Assembly (NCBI GenBank): GCA_965197675.1 | Contig: OZ240221.1 | Location: 2,457,637 to 2,521,636 of the forward strand | Length of the DNA stretch: 64,000 nt | Source: Dehalococcoidia bacterium | Lineage (GTDB): Bacteria; Chloroflexota; Dehalococcoidia; Plut-88900 | Reading direction: 5' to 3' | Part shown: in pieces, positions 61,175 through 64,000 of the stretch | Position numbering within the stretch: position 1 is the first letter of the stretch | Layout of the letters: each line of letters opens with the position of its first letter | Program-made: the position numbers and the translations under genes | Notes under the pieces: model-generated | Databases searched by the model: none | The model's input: the letters and a program-made list of their open reading frames with translations, nothing else | Told to the model about the DNA's origin: nothing

Positions 61175-63001
61175 CTACTTCCCCACCTTTAATACGGTCA
61201 TGAAGGCCTCTTGGGGAATCTCCACGTTGCCCACCCGCTTCATACGCTTTTTCCCCTCAGACTGCTTCTCTAGCAGCTTGCGCTTCCTGGTCACGTCGCC
61301 CCCATAGCACTTAGCCAGAACGTTCTTGCGCAGCGCCTTAATGGTCTCCCTTGCTATGACCCGGCTTCCGATGGCCGCTTGTATGGGCACGTCGAAGAGC
61401 TGTCGGGGTATGAGGCTCCGCAGCGACTGTACAAGGGCCTTACCTCTATAGTATGCCAGGTCAGAGTGGACCATGAGGGAGAGGGCATCGACGGGCTGTT
61501 CGTTGACCAGTATGTCCAGCTTGACCATTGGCGCCTTCCTGTACTCTGTGAAGGTATAATCCAACGACGCGTACCCCTGAGTACTGGACTTGAGCTGATC
61601 GTAGAAGTCCACGAGCATCTCCGAAAGAGGCATCTCGAACTCCAAGACCACCCTCTGATGGCCGGCGCCGATACCATCATGTTCGCTGCTCAGGTATTCC
61701 ATCTTCGCGTATTTGCCCCGCTTGTCCCTGACCAGCTGCATAACAGTCCCGATATACCTGTCCGGGGTTACTATGCTCATATTCAGCCACGGCTCCTCTA
61801 TGGACTCGATATAGCCGGAGACGGGCAGGTCTGCAGGGCTCTCGATGGTCTTCTGTGCGCCATCGGAGAGATTTACCCTGTAGGCCACGCTCGGAGAGGT
61901 GGTTATGATGTCCAGGTTATACTCCCTCTCCAATCTCTCCTGTACGATCTCCATATGGAGCAAACCGAGGAAGCCGCACCTAAAGCCTGGCCCCAGTGCC
62001 ACGCTCTCCTCCGGCTCGTAGAGGAGAGAGGCATCATTCAATGTCAGCTTTTCAAGGGCATCCCTGAGAAAGGGGTAGTATCTGCCATCAACAGGATATA
62101 AGCCGGCGAACACCATAGGTTTTAACACTCGATATCCAGTCAGCGCCTCGGCTGCTGGTGATGCAACACCGGTCAGGGTATCGCCTACTCGACAGAGGGC
62201 CACGTCTTTCAGGCCGGTGGCTACTCCTCCCACCTCCCCTGCTTCCAAGCTGGACACCGGCTGAGGCCGAGGATTGAATACGGTCACCTCCAGGCTCTCA
62301 AAGGAAGCCCCGTTGGACATCAACCTGAGGGGCTGTCCCTTATTCAAAGAACCCTCGAACACGCGGACATAAGCGATGACACCCTTAAAGGAATCATACT
62401 TGGAATCGAATATCAGAGCCCGTAGACGTCCCGAACCATCACTCTGCGGCGGAGGCACTCTATCAACTATGGCCTCCAGCACCTCTCTTGTCCCGATGCC
62501 CTCCTTGGCCGACGTGAGAACCACCTCGTCCGGTGAGTAGCCCAGAGCGTCTCCTATCTCCGCGACCACTCTCTCTGGATCGGCGCCGGGCAAGTCTATC
62601 TTATTAACCACTGGGATAAGGGTCAGGTCCTGATCCAAGGCGAGGTAAACATTGGCGAGGGTCTGGGCCTGAATCCCCTGGGTGGCATCGATGACTAGCA
62701 AAGCCCCTTCGCAGGCGCTCAAGCTGCGAGATACCTCATAGGTGAAGTCCACGTGGCCCGGCGTATCTATCAGGTTTAGCTCGTACCTATCTCCACCATC
62801 CCTCTGGTAATAGAGCCTGACCGCTTTGGCCTTGATGGTTATACCACGCTCCCGCTCCAGGTCCATATCGTCCAGCAGCTGCTCCCTCATCTCCCGAGAG
62901 GTGATAGTGCCTGTGTACTCCAGGAGGCGGTCGGCCAGAGTGGACTTCCCGTGGTCTATGTGGGCTATTATGCAGAAGTTGCGGATGTGCTCAGAGTCCA
63001 T
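61175..63001 (-). CDS. lepA: Elongation factor 4 (LepA).
   Basis: [20 protein letters not shown] GTPase N-terminus. LepA-specific C-terminal domain. 608 aa. Confidence 0.9.
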   Translation of the reverse strand: MDSEHIRNFCIIAHIDHGKSTLADRLLEYTGTITSREMREQLLDDMDLERERGITIKAKAVRLYYQRDGGDRYELNLIDTPGHVDFTYEVSRSLSACEGALLVIDATQGIQAQTLANVYLALDQDLTLIPVVNKIDLPGADPERVVAEIGDALGYSPDEVVLTSAKEGIGTREVLEAIVDRVPPPQSDGSGRLRALIFDSKYDSFKGVIAYVRVFEGSLNKGQPLRLMSNGASFESLEVTVFNPRPQPVSSLEAGEVGGVATGLKDVALCRVGDTLTGVASPAAEALTGYRVLKPMVFAGLYPVDGRYYPFLRDALEKLTLNDASLLYEPEESVALGPGFRCGFLGLLHMEIVQERLEREYNLDIITTSPSVAYRVNLSDGAQKTIESPADLPVSGYIESIEEPWLNMSIVTPDRYIGTVMQLVRDKRGKYAKMEYLSSEHDGIGAGHQRVVLEFEMPLSEMLVDFYDQLKSSTQGYASLDYTFTEYRKAPMVKLDILVNEQPVDALSLMVHSDLAYYRGKALVQSLRSLIPRQLFDVPIQAAIGSRVIARETIKALRKNVLAKCYGGDVTRKRKLLEKQSEGKKRMKRVGNVEIPQEAFMTVLKVGK

Positions 63002-63070
63002 TTAGATGAATGGTAGCATAGCCCTACCTACCTCTCAAGAAGGCGAGAGGGTGAAGGCTTCCCTCCGCGG

Positions 63071-63198
63071 CTCCCGTGGAAATCGGGAATGCGAATCCAG
63101 AGGATGGGGAGATGGATTCCCGTGTCAAGCACGAGAATGACGGAAAAGAGGATGGCAGGGGAATGACCGAAAGGGGGGCACGGGAATGACGGGTGGGG
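63071..63198. repeat. Cluster of hairpin family A copies and GGGAATGAC half-sites.
   Basis: 63114..63141 is GGATTCCCGTGTCAAGCACGAGAATGAC. Further GGGAATGAC motifs at 63160 and 63183. Confidence 0.55.
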
Positions 63199-63205
63199 TA
63201 AAAGT

Positions 63206-63367
63206 CCCGACTGGGTTTGTGTGTGGAACTTGATTGTGTTTTCTGTTTAGCTTTGAAATTTGATTGAATTTTCTGGTCCACGCTCAAACTTGATTGAGTT
63301 GTAAAAAAAGTTTTATTTTCGGGGTTTTCCAGGCACGAAGATCCAGTTAATTTTGATTGAGCTTTTC
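63206..63367 (+). repeat. Dispersed repeat of about 162 bp with TTGATTGA iterons. Copy 2, carrying a ~30-bp internal duplication relative to copy 1.
   Basis: Aligns with the reverse complement of 30637..30768. Four AAYTTGATTG-type motifs at about 63226, 63256, 63287 and 63349. Confidence 0.7.
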
Positions 63368-63533
63368 TCGGGTTGTAGTTTAACCCACCCGACCGCCCAG
63401 ATATGTAGCTCTTGGGGACACAGCCCCCAAACCCCCAGGCAAAGGGGCGATGCCCCTTTGCAATCCCCACGGACAACAAGGAGTCCTCCACAGAGGAGGC
63501 TGGCATGCTACCTGTCGGCAACAGACAGACCCT

Positions 63534-63589
63534 GGATTCCCGTGTCAAGCACGAGAATGACAGAAAAGAGGAGGCAGGGGAATGACCTG
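63534..63589. repeat. Hairpin family A copy with conserved 3' extension (…GAAAAGAGGAGGCAGGGGAATGACC).
   Basis: Near-identical to 63114..63170. Confidence 0.55.
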
Positions 63590-63875
63590 CCTGCAGCAGG
63601 CGGGAAGGAAGGGGTGTGGGGGCGCCCCAGGGCCGGGTGGGCGGACGCTTTGGATTCTTCGCTTCGCTCAGAATGACGCGCTCTTGAAACTGGGGAGGGT
63701 TGCGGCCATGTTTGAGTCCGTTCAGGGTGTCCTTGGGGGTGGCTGGGGTTGGACGACGACCTCCGTGGGAATTAAGAATGATACCTCCTTGTAGTGAGGT
63801 GTTTACTTATAGTATAGCACGTAGGTTCTCATTCTATATATGGCCTCGTGGCACAACAGGCTAGGTGTGTCTACT

Positions 63876-63903
63876 GGATTGCTGTGTCAGGCACAGGAAT
63901 TAC
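63876..63903. repeat. Degenerate hairpin family A variant (GGATTGCTGTGTCAGGCACAGGAATTAC).
   Basis: Same architecture: stem CTGTG / CACAG around a TCAGG loop. Confidence 0.35.
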
Positions 63904-64000
63904 CTGTGGGGGCAGGGTTCCGTTAAAGCTGGTTTTGACCAGTATTCGGTTGTACAGTATGATGGGTGGACGTCCAGCTATGGTCCGGTGGGAGGCATGG

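Overview
This 64 kb window is mostly a bacterial chromosomal core region, roughly 55-58% GC, with dense and largely co-linear housekeeping operons. Gene order includes smf/dprA-topA-xerC, aroQ-M24 peptidase-efp, tig-clpP-clpX, aspS, sigA, coaBC-coaX, nnr-acpS, valS, polX, secA-prs, dnaJ-hspR-clpC divergent from hsp20, thrC, aroKB-aroC-aroE, ruvX-alaS, otsA-like-galU and lepA. The order is reminiscent of Firmicutes/Chloroflexi-type genomes, but I cannot place it taxonomically from sequence alone.

Several accessory or unusual items sit on this backbone:
- **Defence-like islet (49.4-51.4 kb).** A low-GC two-gene insertion lies between a ThiS-like gene and the aro operon. It encodes a circularly permuted N6/N4-type DNA methyltransferase with an unusual HPPY motif IV, plus a single-HKD PLD-family nuclease carrying a C-terminal winged-helix-like domain. 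The two genes are separated by an 87-bp spacer holding 9 GATC sites. I consider this the best candidate for an uncharacterised restriction/defence module.
- **thrC-NIL-ThiS/MoaD cluster.** A threonine-synthase homologue sits next to a NIL-domain protein and a Gly-Gly-ended sulfur carrier, suggesting sulfur-carrier-dependent amino-acid synthesis.
- **IS insertion.** An 812-bp IS5-family element with an A8 -1 frameshift site sits 9 bp after topA and just upstream of xerC.
- **tRNA-Ser and its att-like repeat.** A tRNA-Ser(GGA) lies at 8502-8591. An exact 19-bp copy of its 3' end lies at 2361-2379, next to two hypothetical genes at the window edge, which looks like the right-hand att site of a tRNA-integrated island.
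- **TPP enzyme plus divergent PEP-mutase/ICL-family protein.** These are paired, with a membrane protein and an MFS transporter nearby.
- **Dispersed repeats.** A mosaic of short hairpin/MITE-like intergenic repeats occurs at many loci. This includes a roughly 132-162-bp element bearing TTGATTGA iterons, present as two inverted copies 32.5 kb apart.

No rRNA genes and no CRISPR array were seen.
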